NCBI GenBank assembly: GCA_965248265.1
Contig: CBDFJF010000002.1
Coordinates: forward strand, 3,968,001-4,032,000
DNA from: Candidatus Latescibacterota bacterium
GTDB taxonomy: Bacteria > Latescibacterota > UBA2968 > UBA8231
Direction: 5' to 3'
DNA: 64,000 nucleotides
Shown here piece after piece: positions 8,212 through 18,536 of this stretch (its first letter is position 1; every line of letters starts with the position of its first letter). The notes below the pieces were generated by a model. It searched no databases, was not told the DNA's origin, and saw only the letters and a list, made by a program, of their open reading frames with translations. The position numbers and the translations under genes were made by a program.

Positions 8212-10084
8212 TGTCATCGTGGTCGGGGGCGGCCACGCGGGCACGGAGGCAGCCCTGGCCGCCGCCCGTATGGGAGCGCAGACCCTGCTGCTGACGATGA
8301 ACGTCGATACCATCGGCCAGATGTCTTGCAACCCGGCCATCGGCGGGATCGGCAAAGGGCACCTCGTCAAAGAGATCGATGCGCTCGGTGGCGAAATGGC
8401 CGTCAACACGGATCGCTCCGGCATCCAGTTCAGGCGCCTGAACATGAGTAAGGGCCCCGCCGTGAGGGCTTCGCGGGCCCAATGCGACAAGAAGGCCTAC
8501 CAGTTCGAGATGAAATACGCCTGCGAGGGACAGGACCATCTTGACGTCCGTCAGGGGATGATGGAGCAACTGGTGATCGTGGATGGAAGGGTCACCGGTA
8601 TCGTTCTCAAGGGTGGCATGCGTTATGATGGCCGCTCCGTGATCCTGACGACGGGGACGTTCCTGCGGGGCAAGATCCACGTCGGAGATTTTACCTACAG
8701 CGCTGGACGCGCCGGCGAAACCTCAGCGGAACGCGCCTCCGAAGGCCTGATTGGGCTGGGCTTCGAGATCGGACGCCTGAAGACGGGTACACCACCGCGC
8801 GTCAACGGCCGCTCCGTCGACTACGATGCCATGGAGATTCAGCCCGGAGATCATCCACCACGGACGTTCTCGTATGAGCTGGATCAGCCCATCCTGGACC
8901 AGGTCCCCTGTTGGATCACCTACACGAATTCCCGTACCCACCAGATGATCCGCGACAACCTCGAGCGCTCCGCCATGTACAGCGGCCGGATTGCGGGTGT
9001 GGGGCCGCGTTATTGTCCCTCCATCGAGGACAAGATCGTCAAGTTCAGCGAGCGTGAGCGTCATCAGGTGTTCGTCGAGCCGGAAGGCCTGCGGACACAC
9101 GAGTGCTACATCAACGGGTTGTCGATGAGCCTCCCAGAGGAGCTTCAGACCGACATCTTGCGCACTCTTCCGGGCCTTGAGCGGGCTCAGATCATGCGGC
9201 CTGCATATGCCGTGGAGTACGACTACGCGACACCGACTCAATTGTTACCCTGGTTGGAAACCAAACGCGTACCTGGACTCTACTTTGCCGGTCAAATCAA
9301 CGGCACAACCGGTTACGAGGAAGCTGCAGCTCAGGGATTGATGGCGGGCGTCAATGCCGTGCTTCGAGTGCGGGGAGAGGAACCGTTCATTCTCGATCGA
9401 GCCAGCGCCTACATCGGCGTGCTCATCGATGATCTGGTCACCAAAGGCACGCAGGAACCGTACCGGATTTTCACGTCACGAGCCGAATACCGCCTGTTGT
9501 TGAGGGAAGACAACGCCGATTATCGGCTGATGGAACAGGGACGGCAGTTGGGGTTGGTCAAGGATGCGGTGTGGGCGTCCTTCACTCAAAAAAAACAGGC
9601 AGTGAGCTCGGAACTGGAACGACTCGAGCAGGTCAGAGTGCGTTCATCACAGCTGCTTACAGAGGTGCTCGAACGAGCGGGATCCGCACCCATCAAGGAG
9701 GCGACTCTTCTGGTTGAGTTGCTGCGCCGCCCCCATGTCACCTACCAGGACCTGGTCCGCATCGCGCCTCCGACAACACCGCTTTCGCCAGAGGCCGCCG
9801 AACATGTGGAAGCGGAGGTCAAGTACAGCGGCTACATCCAGCGTCAGTTGACGGAGGTAGACAAACTCAAGCGCCTGGAAGGCATGGCCATCCCCGACGA
9901 TTTCGACTATGAGGATGAAGGAGCTCAACTATCGACTGAAGGTCGGCAAAAGCTGGCCGCGATCCGGCCGCACTCTCTGGGTCAGGCCTCTCGGATTTCC
10001 GGAGTTTCGCAGGCCGATTTGTCGTCCCTGATGGTCCTGCTGCATGCCCGGCGCTCTCCTGAGACCATCAAAACAAGCGCTTGA
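8192..10084 (+). CDS. mnmG: tRNA uridine-34 5-carboxymethylaminomethyl modification enzyme
   Basis: [58 protein letters not shown]. Confidence 0.98.
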   Translation: MTTAMYDVIVVGGGHAGTEAALAAARMGAQTLLLTMNVDTIGQMSCNPAIGGIGKGHLVKEIDALGGEMAVNTDRSGIQFRRLNMSKGPAVRASRAQCDKKAYQFEMKYACEGQDHLDVRQGMMEQLVIVDGRVTGIVLKGGMRYDGRSVILTTGTFLRGKIHVGDFTYSAGRAGETSAERASEGLIGLGFEIGRLKTGTPPRVNGRSVDYDAMEIQPGDHPPRTFSYELDQPILDQVPCWITYTNSRTHQMIRDNLERSAMYSGRIAGVGPRYCPSIEDKIVKFSERERHQVFVEPEGLRTHECYINGLSMSLPEELQTDILRTLPGLERAQIMRPAYAVEYDYATPTQLLPWLETKRVPGLYFAGQINGTTGYEEAAAQGLMAGVNAVLRVRGEEPFILDRASAYIGVLIDDLVTKGTQEPYRIFTSRAEYRLLLREDNADYRLMEQGRQLGLVKDAVWASFTQKKQAVSSELERLEQVRVRSSQLLTEVLERAGSAPIKEATLLVELLRRPHVTYQDLVRIAPPTTPLSPEAAEHVEAEVKYSGYIQRQLTEVDKLKRLEGMAIPDDFDYEDEGAQLSTEGRQKLAAIRPHSLGQASRISGVSQADLSSLMVLLHARRSPETIKTSA

Positions 10085-10096
10085 TGGGCGAGGCTA

Positions 10097-11218
10097 TCAA
10101 TCCTCGGTTTTCACCTTGAGGGTTTGCGAGTCCTGACGGATTACCCAGCGGCTGATCTGTCCGTCCTCGTGCAGATCGATCACCTCCTCGAGCCAGGCTT
10201 CGAATCCATAGTCCCCGATCGACAGCTCGGGAGGCCACAGGAAATTGCGCAGGATTCGGTGCTCGATACCGAGTGAATCGAGGTGCACGGTATAGGCCCC
10301 GGTCTCTCGTCTGAACTCCCTTTGTCGATAGTAGATCTCACGCAGGATGCGCTTGGCCTCCTCCTCGGGTGGCATGGCGGCCTCCACCGAGCCGGAGCCG
10401 GCGGTTATCTCGGAAAAGTGAATGAACCCCCACAACTCCGGATAGTGCATGTCGACGACCCCCTGAGGTGACCACGCCCAGGTCTCCTCGTGCCGCCCCG
10501 CCATCTTCTCATACCCCCTGCCCTCCACGTCCGCCTCCACACTCCACTCCACCCGCGAGAAATTCATTCGCCAGTAATCGCCGTTGCGCGGCGGCGCCCG
10601 CCGGTGAGCGCCCTGCTTGAGGGCAGACCAGGGAATGGCCATCTCCAGCGACCAGCCTTCGTCAAGATCCCTGCCGTCGTTTACCGTGCCCCAGATCATC
10701 ACTCCGGTTTTCAGCCCTGACAAGTCACTGGCAGTCACCGAGGCCCCGCCATCCCTGGGTGGCCGTACAAGAAACTGGTCCCAGACCGTGCCGAGGGCAT
10801 TGACCTCCAACTCCCAGTATCCATGGGTGTCTCCGTCCGCATCGATGAACACCTCAAAATCGTTATCGTGGTAGATCGTCGCGTCTCTCTCACTGAGAGT
10901 GGCCCACACATGAGGCTCCTCGATGTCGGCAGCCAGGTAGAGAAACTGGTCATCCCAGACCAGCTTGACCCTGGTCCGAAGGCGCGGCCCAGTTCCCTTT
11001 CCCTCGATATTGGCGAAATCCTCCGTCCACTCTGCACGCTGCCAGGAAGGCTCATCGAGATGCCCGTCCACCTCAATGGAACCGCCGGCCCGGTAGCTGA
11101 CGTATGCCCGGGGTTCGATCACAGTCAGCGGATGCGGAACAGTGGTTCCCATCACTGGCATCACCACCACGCCAAGCCACACGAGCACTCCGATGGCCAT
11201 TCGACTTGCAATCAGCAT
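10097..11218 (-). CDS. Secreted carbohydrate-binding family 9-like (DOMON) protein
   Basis: Signal peptide, VDGHLDEPSW, DNDFEVFID, ELEVNALGTVWD, WRMNFSRVEW, MHYPELWG. Confidence 0.8.
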   Translation of the reverse strand: MLIASRMAIGVLVWLGVVVMPVMGTTVPHPLTVIEPRAYVSYRAGGSIEVDGHLDEPSWQRAEWTEDFANIEGKGTGPRLRTRVKLVWDDQFLYLAADIEEPHVWATLSERDATIYHDNDFEVFIDADGDTHGYWELEVNALGTVWDQFLVRPPRDGGASVTASDLSGLKTGVMIWGTVNDGRDLDEGWSLEMAIPWSALKQGAHRRAPPRNGDYWRMNFSRVEWSVEADVEGRGYEKMAGRHEETWAWSPQGVVDMHYPELWGFIHFSEITAGSGSVEAAMPPEEEAKRILREIYYRQREFRRETGAYTVHLDSLGIEHRILRNFLWPPELSIGDYGFEAWLEEVIDLHEDGQISRWVIRQDSQTLKVKTED

Positions 11219-11241
11219 GCTGATCCATCCATTCTTTGACC

Positions 11242-11277
11242 CGACAACCCGTTGTCGACCATGACAACCCGTTGTCG
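11242..11277. promoter_or_regulatory. Tandem palindromic operator-like sites
   Basis: Two copies of GACAAC-CC-GTTGTCG with a 20-bp period, in a divergent intergenic region. Confidence 0.55.
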
Positions 11278-11532
11278 TTCGACGTCAGTTCCTCGACACG
11301 TGCCCGATAATATACAAAGCCGCGGCCATCCGGCTTTCGCACCTCTCGCCGCAACTGCTGAGCAGCCTTATACTTGCGTTCGCCGGCCCCTTGCGAAGGC
11401 AGCACCAGTTCAGTTAATTATCTGGTTGATCCATCTGCTCGGATCGCACACGGGACAGCCTTTCTGAGTCGGTTTTTCACTGACGGAATGTCTGCAGGTA
11501 AGCTCCTCGCATCGACGAGGAGGAGGAATTTT

Positions 11533-12183
11533 GTGTACCTAATACTGCTCGGCGCACCAGGCTCTGGCAAGGGAACGCAGGCCGAACGCATGGTGGCCGA
11601 ATTCGACCTCGTCCACATCTCCACCGGGGACATGCTTCGTCAGGCGATCGCGGCCGGCACTAACCTGGGCGAGTTGATCGGGCACTACCTCAAAGCCGGC
11701 TATCTGGTACCCGATCATCACGTCACCAGCCTGGTCGATCAGCGCCTCGCGAGAGCCGACATCAACAACGGCTTCATCCTCGACGGCTTCCCCCGAACGG
11801 TGCGTCAGGCCGAGAGCCTGGATGAGATCCTGCGCCTGCGCGAAATCGTCCTGGACGCAGTCGCCCTGATCGACGTACCGGACGAAATCGTCGTCGAACG
11901 CATGTCAGGCAGGCGCATAGACCCGCAGACGGGACGCATCTACAATCTCAGCATGGACGCCGACCCACCCCCGGCCGACGTCTTGACGAGGTTGGAGAAA
12001 CGGGACGACGACAGCGAGGATGTGATCAGGCACCGCCTGACCACCTTCCACCTCCAGACGGACCCCGTCGTTTCCTTTTATGAAGCTCGCGGCAACCTGC
12101 TCCGAGTCGACGGCACTCAGGCGCCCGATACCGTGTTCGACGCCTTGACCAGCCAGATACAGCCCGTACCGAAACAACCTTAG
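11533..12183 (+). CDS. adk: Adenylate kinase
   Basis: GAPGSGKGTQ, HISTGDMLR, ILDGFPRT. GTG start after AGGAGG; LID lacks Zn-binding Cys. Confidence 0.95.
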   Translation: MYLILLGAPGSGKGTQAERMVAEFDLVHISTGDMLRQAIAAGTNLGELIGHYLKAGYLVPDHHVTSLVDQRLARADINNGFILDGFPRTVRQAESLDEILRLREIVLDAVALIDVPDEIVVERMSGRRIDPQTGRIYNLSMDADPPPADVLTRLEKRDDDSEDVIRHRLTTFHLQTDPVVSFYEARGNLLRVDGTQAPDTVFDALTSQIQPVPKQP

Positions 12184-12194
12184 CGTCCACGTCC

Positions 12195-12527
12195 ATGAGT
12201 GCTCCTCTCACTGAAGACAAGATCGAACTCTACAGAGCTGGTGTGACGAAGTTCACCCGCCAGGAATACGATGCTGCTCTGGAAGATCTACGTCGGGCCA
12301 TTGAGATCGATCCCGAGTTCGGCGACGCTCACCAGGCCATCGCCCACGTGCACGAAAAGCTCGAGAATTTTGACGATGCACTGGAGGCCGCAAAGAAGGC
12401 GGTTGCCTGTAACCCCGATGACGCTCTCGCCTACACCAGCCTGTCGATGTGTTTCCAGCGCAAAGGCATGATTCCCGAAGCTGAAGCAGCCATGGCCCAG
12501 GCCGCGCAGCTGCACCCCCAGGACTGA
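12195..12527 (+). CDS. Small TPR-repeat protein
   Basis: ALEDLRRAIEIDPEFGDAH / AKKAVACNPDDALAY TPR patterns. Confidence 0.85.
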   Translation: MSAPLTEDKIELYRAGVTKFTRQEYDAALEDLRRAIEIDPEFGDAHQAIAHVHEKLENFDDALEAAKKAVACNPDDALAYTSLSMCFQRKGMIPEAEAAMAQAAQLHPQD

Positions 12528-12545
12528 CCTTTCGGCGACCGCGCC

Positions 12546-13634
12546 GTGACCGTTCCCGTCTCTACCACCGCTGCCCAGTACGATTCGATCGAGATCGGAC
12601 CCCACCGGCTCACTCCACTGCAGCCGGGTATGCCGGTACTGACCCTGGCTCCCCTTGCCGGCGTCGGCAACTGGGTATTCCGGCTGATCTGTGCCCGGCT
12701 CGGCGCGCGCATGGTTGGCGTCGAATTCATCAACTGTCGGACTATTGCAGAGAATTCCCGCCGGAGTCAACGGCTGCTTGATTTTACGGACGCCCAGATT
12801 TACGCGGAGTCGGGCATGTCCGTGCTCGCCGCGCAGATATACGGCAATGACATCGAATTGATTGCGCTGGGTGCCAGGCGCATGCAGGAGGAGGGCGCTC
12901 AAGTCGTAGACATCAACTTTGGCTGTTCGGTCCCCTACATCGTCAACAAGGGGTGCGGGGCAGCCTATCTTCGCGACCTCGACCTGCTCTACCGGGCCGT
13001 GCACAGCACGGTGAAGGCAGTCGACGTTCCCGTTATCGTCAAAACCCGGATCGGTTGGGATGAAGACTCCATCAACATTCTCGAAGTGATCAAGCGCGTG
13101 GAAGATGCGGGAGCCAAAGCGATCTCCATCCATGCCCGTACCGTGGTGCAAAGCTACCGGGGCAAGGCTGACTGGGACTGGATCGGACGGGCCGTGGAGG
13201 CGGCAAGTATTCCCGTCTTCGGCAACGGCGATGTCCAGGCGTACCAGGACGCGGTTCGATTGCAGCAGCAAACCGGATGCGACGGTGTGATGATCGGCCG
13301 CGCCGCCATGGCCAATCCCTGGATCTTTGCCAAACGGGATGGCTCGACCTGCGCCGAGCGCATCGACCTCGCGATCGAGCAATTGCGACTGATGTCCCGC
13401 TATCGCGGGGAACGCCTTGGGGTATTGGAGAGCCGCAAGCACCTTGCTCTGTATTTTCGAGGACTCGGGCGCAACTCGGCACTGAGACGCCGCCTGCTGA
13501 GCATTCCGTCGCTGCCTGATCTGCTCGATTTCCTGTGCTCGTGGCGCGAATCCCTCGATGGACAGGAAGAGGAAACCGATTTACGACTGTCAACCCGCGA
13601 AGCGGGAGACCTGGCCTGGGGAGGAACCGGATGA
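12546..13634 (+). CDS. dusB: tRNA-dihydrouridine synthase
   Basis: LAPLAG, QIYG, DINFGC, VKTRIGWD, IHART, GNGDV, VMIGRAAMANPWIF. Confidence 0.88.
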   Translation: MTVPVSTTAAQYDSIEIGPHRLTPLQPGMPVLTLAPLAGVGNWVFRLICARLGARMVGVEFINCRTIAENSRRSQRLLDFTDAQIYAESGMSVLAAQIYGNDIELIALGARRMQEEGAQVVDINFGCSVPYIVNKGCGAAYLRDLDLLYRAVHSTVKAVDVPVIVKTRIGWDEDSINILEVIKRVEDAGAKAISIHARTVVQSYRGKADWDWIGRAVEAASIPVFGNGDVQAYQDAVRLQQQTGCDGVMIGRAAMANPWIFAKRDGSTCAERIDLAIEQLRLMSRYRGERLGVLESRKHLALYFRGLGRNSALRRRLLSIPSLPDLLDFLCSWRESLDGQEEETDLRLSTREAGDLAWGGTG

Positions 13635-14107
13635 TGGCACGTGCTTTCTTGATGCTCTTGCTCTTTACTCTTGGGTGCGACCAGCAACCGGCTGCTACCA
13701 CCATATCCATCAAGGTGTTCCCTGCCACCTTGGCACCGGATCCACTAGCGGAACCGGCCACAGGTTGGAGCCGCATCGAATTCGCCGGCGGACCTCGAGG
13801 ACGGGCTGGAGTGTATGACCTCGCCCCCGAACCGATCATCACAGGCTGGAACATCCTGACGTTCAGGGGAGCCTCGCAACCGGATGGCAGCATGGCCGTC
13901 GTGGCCAGACTAAACGCCTACGGCAAGAACAAGATGAAGGCCTACAGCAACGATCCGGCTAACATGAAAAAGCCGTTGGTCGTGAACGTCGATGGGCGAT
14001 GGGCGGACGTTTACACATTGCTGACGAAGGTCACCGATCGCATGACCATCTACGGCTTCACTCCCGAAGAAGTCGAGCGCCTGAAGAAACACCTCGCGAC
14101 GAGGTAA
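13631..14107 (+). CDS. Hypothetical lipoprotein (SecDF periplasmic head-like)
   Basis: Lipobox FTLGC; C-terminal GFTPEEVERL resembles SecD P1 head; ATGA overlap with dusB. Confidence 0.6.
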   Translation: MMARAFLMLLLFTLGCDQQPAATTISIKVFPATLAPDPLAEPATGWSRIEFAGGPRGRAGVYDLAPEPIITGWNILTFRGASQPDGSMAVVARLNAYGKNKMKAYSNDPANMKKPLVVNVDGRWADVYTLLTKVTDRMTIYGFTPEEVERLKKHLATR

Positions 14108-14110
14108 CGA

Positions 14111-14125
14111 CCCACCTACGGTGGG
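14111..14125. terminator. Short hairpin between convergent genes
   Basis: CCCACC-TAC-GGTGGG; no U-tract. Confidence 0.3.
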
Positions 14126-14131
14126 CTCCAC

Positions 14132-15727
14132 CTACAGCGGGATGTACTCGAAGTAGTCGAAGTCGGCGTAGCCGCTCTCGGTGGCACCGCTGCTGCTCGC
14201 GTACATGCCGGTGTAGGCGCCGACAAAGCCACCCGCTACGGGCGTGCTGAGTATCCTGCCATCTACGCCCCGCGCAACTGCTTTCCACGTTCCTTCGTCG
14301 GCGTCGGCGTAGAAGAAATCGTATGCCTGGCCGTGCGCTTCGACTCTTAAGAGGTGTACCGAACCCGCTACGGACAGACCGGCGATCTTCTCTTCTCCGT
14401 CTCCATCACGCGCGTCCCGTCGCATCAGACACATCTCCGATTGGCCGGCCGTGGCGGCCACCAGGACGAAGGCGTAGTAGTAGTCGCTGCTCTGTCTCAG
14501 CACCAGACCGGCGACATCAGCTGGCTCCTGTGGAATGAATTCCATCTTCACGCACACGGCGAAATCGATGTGTCGTTGGCGCTGACCGATGAAGGCCGGA
14601 TGCGCCACCTCCCGCAGCGTCGCGGGCCGCAGCTTCAAGCGCAGGTGCCCGGGACGTTCCTCCAGACTCCAGAAACGGTCTCCCCCGGGGTTGCGGATGA
14701 AGTTCCAGCACAGAGCCAGCTCGTACGTATCGAAGTGATCGCAGGTCGGCTCACAAGGCCAGCTCTGCTCGGGCAGATCAGGCGCCTCGTACTCGAACTC
14801 AACGCGTCCACTGGCTGGACTGACGAGAGGCCAGCCGTCGTGCCACTGGACTGGCAGCAGAAATGTTTCACGCCCCAGGTTGTAGAAGTAGCCACCATAT
14901 GGACGAGAGGCGAGGACGACCATCCACCATTGGCCAGTTGAGGTGTCGACAAGATCTCCGTGTCCTGGATTGGTTATCGGGTGTTGATCAGGATCCAGAT
15001 GGCGATGCGTCAGGATGGGATTGCCGGGACTACCCTCATACGGTCCCTCGACGCTCTCGGCGCGTGCCACCGTGATCGCGTGATGGTGATAGGTACCCCC
15101 TTCCGCGATTATCAGATAGTACGTGCCATTCACCTTGTATATGTGCGGCGCTTCTGGCGTACTGGCTTCCTTGAGAGCTCCACTCCATAGCGCGACCCTC
15201 TCCCCCACCAGGCACATACGGTGATAGTCGAACTGCTGCAGCCATATCTCGCGGTAGCCCTCGTAGGGGGGACTCTCGACGCGTCTATTGGCCGTGTACC
15301 AGGCGCGACCGTCGTCATCGAAAAACAGGGACGGGGCAATGACCCCCGGCTCGTCCTCAAGGACGTGCAGCTCCGACCAGTCGCCTGCAGGATCCTTGGC
15401 AGTGACGACAAAGTTCAGATCGGCGAAGGCATGTCCGCGTTGCTCTCTCCTCGTCGTCACCATGTAGAACACACCGTCGTGATGGCGAATGGTGGGTGCG
15501 AAGATGCCCTGCGATGGCAGCGAATGGGTGAGGTCGAGTTGGGTTGGCCGGTCGAGCACATGACCCTGTTGCCGCCAGTGGACGAGGTCCCGGCTGTGAA
15601 ACAGCGGCACGCCCGGAAAATACTCGAATGAGGAAGTAACGAGGAAATAGTCGTCGTCGACCCGGCAGACGGATGGATCCGGATAAAAGCCGGGAAGTAC
15701 GGGATTGCGGAAAGATCTCGAGGCCAT
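14132..15727 (-). CDS. Glycoside hydrolase family 43 (beta-xylosidase/arabinofuranosidase)
   Basis: NPVLPGFYPDPS, SSFEYFPG, GIFAPTIR, PEAPHIYK, GHGDLV, LGRETFL, C-terminal GGFVGAY. Start set at MASRSFRNP. Confidence 0.93.
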   Translation of the reverse strand: MASRSFRNPVLPGFYPDPSVCRVDDDYFLVTSSFEYFPGVPLFHSRDLVHWRQQGHVLDRPTQLDLTHSLPSQGIFAPTIRHHDGVFYMVTTRREQRGHAFADLNFVVTAKDPAGDWSELHVLEDEPGVIAPSLFFDDDGRAWYTANRRVESPPYEGYREIWLQQFDYHRMCLVGERVALWSGALKEASTPEAPHIYKVNGTYYLIIAEGGTYHHHAITVARAESVEGPYEGSPGNPILTHRHLDPDQHPITNPGHGDLVDTSTGQWWMVVLASRPYGGYFYNLGRETFLLPVQWHDGWPLVSPASGRVEFEYEAPDLPEQSWPCEPTCDHFDTYELALCWNFIRNPGGDRFWSLEERPGHLRLKLRPATLREVAHPAFIGQRQRHIDFAVCVKMEFIPQEPADVAGLVLRQSSDYYYAFVLVAATAGQSEMCLMRRDARDGDGEEKIAGLSVAGSVHLLRVEAHGQAYDFFYADADEGTWKAVARGVDGRILSTPVAGGFVGAYTGMYASSSGATESGYADFDYFEYIPL

Positions 15728-15781
15728 GTTGGGGTCGAAGATACGCTGCCATCGCAAATGAACACCACCCGGACACCGGGG

Positions 15782-15810
15782 TTGACTCCCTGGATTCCCT
15801 GAGATATACT
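15782..15810 (+). promoter_or_regulatory. sigma70-type promoter
   Basis: TTGACT-N17-TATACT, about 110 bp upstream of the amidohydrolase gene. Confidence 0.7.
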
Positions 15811-15918
15811 CGCCGCCTCTGCGCAAGACAGGCCACTCATTCAGCCATTCCCTCTCACACACATGAATCCGCCTTTTCTTTCTGCTGATCCACAGATTTC
15901 CGTGGTCCTGAGCCGGCC

Positions 15919-17148
15919 ATGACCGACATGCGATTCGACCTGCTGCTCAAGGGCGGCCACGTCATCGACCCCAGGAACGCCGTCGATGGTCCCCTGGATG
16001 TGGCCATCGAGGGCGGAACCATCGCAGCCATCGATGCGGACATCCCAGCCTCGAAGGCATCCACCTGCATCGACGTATCGGGCCTACACGTTACACCCGG
16101 ACTGGTAGACATTCACACCCACATGTACGCGACGGCGGACAACCCTGATGGCTGGGCGGGTGATAAGAGCATTCTCCCTGACGGTTTCAGCTTTCGCAGC
16201 GGTGTGACCACGATGGTCGATACGGGCAGCGCCGGCTGGCGCAATCTCGATGATTTCCGCAACAGAGTCATCGACCGCTGCGCTACGCGGGCTTACGCCT
16301 TCGTCAACATCGTCGGCCTCGGTATGGTCAACCCCACCTCGGAGCAGAACGACGCCGACATGGATTGCGATCGCACGGCCGCCGCGGCAAGAGACCACGA
16401 GGGCGTCTGCGTCGGCATCAAGACGGCCCACTACCTCAGTCCTGAGTGGACTTCCGTCGACCGTACACTGGAAGCGGGTGAGCTGGCCGGCTTGCCAATC
16501 ATGGTCGACTTCGGACTTTTCAAGCGCCAGCGCCCCTACCATGAGCTGGTCGGAGAGCGTCTCAGGTCCGGCGACATCTCTACTCACATGTACCGGGGTC
16601 CTGTAGCTTGCACGGACCGGGATGGCCGGGTTCTGCCCTACCTTCACGCCGCCCGGGAGCGTGGCGTCCTGTTCGATGTCGGGCACGGTGCCGGCAGCTT
16701 CGTTTTCGAGAACGCGGTCCCGTGCGTGAAGCAGGGTTGGTACCCCGACTCCATATCGACGGACCTGCATGTGCACAGCATGAACACGGGCATGCTGGAC
16801 ATGACGACGACGATGTCCAAGTTCCTGGTGATGGGCATGTCGCTGCAATCGGTGGTGCAGAAGTCGACGATCGATGCGGCTCGGGTCATCGACCGCACCC
16901 AGCACGGTCATCTGAGTGTGGGCGCTGCCGCCGACGTCGCCGTGCTGCGGGTGTTGAATGGATCCTTCGGCTTCACCGATTCGTTTGGCGGCTACCTGGC
17001 GGGAGATCGCCGCCTGGCCTGTGAGTTGACCCTGAAAGACGGTGAGGTCGTGTTTGACTGGAATGGGTACTCCGGGATCGATTACCGGAAAATGCCCACA
17101 CCCGTCGGCGTGCGCGACGCCGAAGAGCGCCTGGCACCGCCTGCCTGA
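15919..17148 (+). CDS. Amidohydrolase/deacetylase family metallohydrolase (dihydroorotase-like)
   Basis: PGLVDIHTH, GVTTMVDTGSAG, GIK, FDVGHGAGSF, ISTDLH. Confidence 0.88.
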   Translation: MTDMRFDLLLKGGHVIDPRNAVDGPLDVAIEGGTIAAIDADIPASKASTCIDVSGLHVTPGLVDIHTHMYATADNPDGWAGDKSILPDGFSFRSGVTTMVDTGSAGWRNLDDFRNRVIDRCATRAYAFVNIVGLGMVNPTSEQNDADMDCDRTAAAARDHEGVCVGIKTAHYLSPEWTSVDRTLEAGELAGLPIMVDFGLFKRQRPYHELVGERLRSGDISTHMYRGPVACTDRDGRVLPYLHAARERGVLFDVGHGAGSFVFENAVPCVKQGWYPDSISTDLHVHSMNTGMLDMTTTMSKFLVMGMSLQSVVQKSTIDAARVIDRTQHGHLSVGAAADVAVLRVLNGSFGFTDSFGGYLAGDRRLACELTLKDGEVVFDWNGYSGIDYRKMPTPVGVRDAEERLAPPA

Positions 17149-17220
17149 GCGACTACCTCCCGGCGGGTGAAGACGAGCGCCGGGTCGAATCATCTTTCCA
17201 TCCAGGAAGCGAGGACCAGG

Positions 17221-17673
17221 ATGATTGAATTTCTGACTCAACATTACCTGACATTGAAGGCCCTTCATCTCATTTTCGTGATCTCGTGGATGGCCGGCCT
17301 GCTCTATTTGCCCAGACTGTACGTCTATCACACGCAGGTGACGACCGGCTCGGAAGCCTCGGAAAAGTTCAAGGTGATGGAGCGCCGGTTGCTGCGAGCG
17401 ATCATCAATCCCGCGGGTATCGTCGTCTTCATAAGCGGTATTCTCCTGATCATGGCCACTGGGGCAGGGGCGCCGGGCACCGGAGCCTGGATTCACGCCA
17501 AGATCGTCCTAGTCCTCATTCTCGGTGGCCTGCACGGGGCCATGTCCAAGTTCCGCAAGGAGTTTGAGCGGGATGAGCGGCGGCGCAGTGAGCGATTCTT
17601 CCGATTCCTGAACGAAGGTCCGACCCTGCTGATGGTGGCCATCATCTTTCTCGCCGTCCTGAAGCCGTTCTAA
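17221..17673 (+). CDS. hemJ: Protoporphyrinogen oxidase HemJ
   Basis: KALHLIFVISWMAGLLYLPRLYVYH, MERRL, FRFLNEGPT, KPF end. Confidence 0.95.
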   Translation: MIEFLTQHYLTLKALHLIFVISWMAGLLYLPRLYVYHTQVTTGSEASEKFKVMERRLLRAIINPAGIVVFISGILLIMATGAGAPGTGAWIHAKIVLVLILGGLHGAMSKFRKEFERDERRRSERFFRFLNEGPTLLMVAIIFLAVLKPF

Positions 17674-17675
17674 AC

Positions 17676-18536
17676 ATGCCCAGCCCTTCCTTCGGCGCTC
17701 ACGAATCCATCGCCGGTGGCCTCTGCAATGCCATCACCAGAGGCCAGACGGCAACTTGTGATGTCGTTCAGATTTTCAACAAGTCGAACAATCAATGGCG
17801 TGCCAAGAAGCTGGGAGGCGAGGAGATCGAACAGTATTTCGCAGCACAGGAAGAGACCGGAATATCCACGGTCTGCTCGCACAACAGTTACCTGATCAAC
17901 CTGGCTTCACCGGATGAGGCCCTCAATGAGAAGTCCTACGAGGCCTTCAAGATCGAAGTCGAGCGCTGCAACCTGCTCAAGATCCCTAACCTCGTCTTCC
18001 ACCCGGGCTCGCACGTGGGTTCCGGCGAAGAGGCCGGCATGGACCTGATTGCGCGAAACCTCAACCGCCTTGTCGACGAGATCCCCGACAACACGGTCAC
18101 CCTGTGCCTGGAAGCCACGGCCGGCCAGGGCAGCAATCTGGGGTATCGTTTCGAACAGCTGGCCTACATCATCGACCGCATCGACGACGATGGCCACGTC
18201 GGTGTCTGCCTGGACAGCTGTCACATTTTCGCGGCCGGGTACCCGATCACCGAGCCCTCCGACTATGCCGAGACGATGCGTCAGTTCGACGCCATCGTGG
18301 GTCGGTCGCGCATCAAGATTTTCCATATCAACGACAGCAAGCGTGAATTGGGATCCAAAGTCGACCGCCATGAACACATCGGGCAGGGAGAAATCGGTCC
18401 AGGCGGGTTCGCCAACATCGTCAACGACCCGGCGATGAAGTCGGTGCCGATGATACTGGAAACACCCAAGGAGGACGATCTGCAGGATGACATCGACAAT
18501 CTCAGGGTGCTGCGTTCCATGGTGAAGGAGAACTGA
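17676..18536 (+). CDS. nfo: Endonuclease IV
   Basis: GAHESIAGG, YLINLAS, FHPGSH, LEATAGQG, CLDSCH, HINDSK, DRHEHIG, ILETP. Confidence 0.96.
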   Translation: MPSPSFGAHESIAGGLCNAITRGQTATCDVVQIFNKSNNQWRAKKLGGEEIEQYFAAQEETGISTVCSHNSYLINLASPDEALNEKSYEAFKIEVERCNLLKIPNLVFHPGSHVGSGEEAGMDLIARNLNRLVDEIPDNTVTLCLEATAGQGSNLGYRFEQLAYIIDRIDDDGHVGVCLDSCHIFAAGYPITEPSDYAETMRQFDAIVGRSRIKIFHINDSKRELGSKVDRHEHIGQGEIGPGGFANIVNDPAMKSVPMILETPKEDDLQDDIDNLRVLRSMVKEN

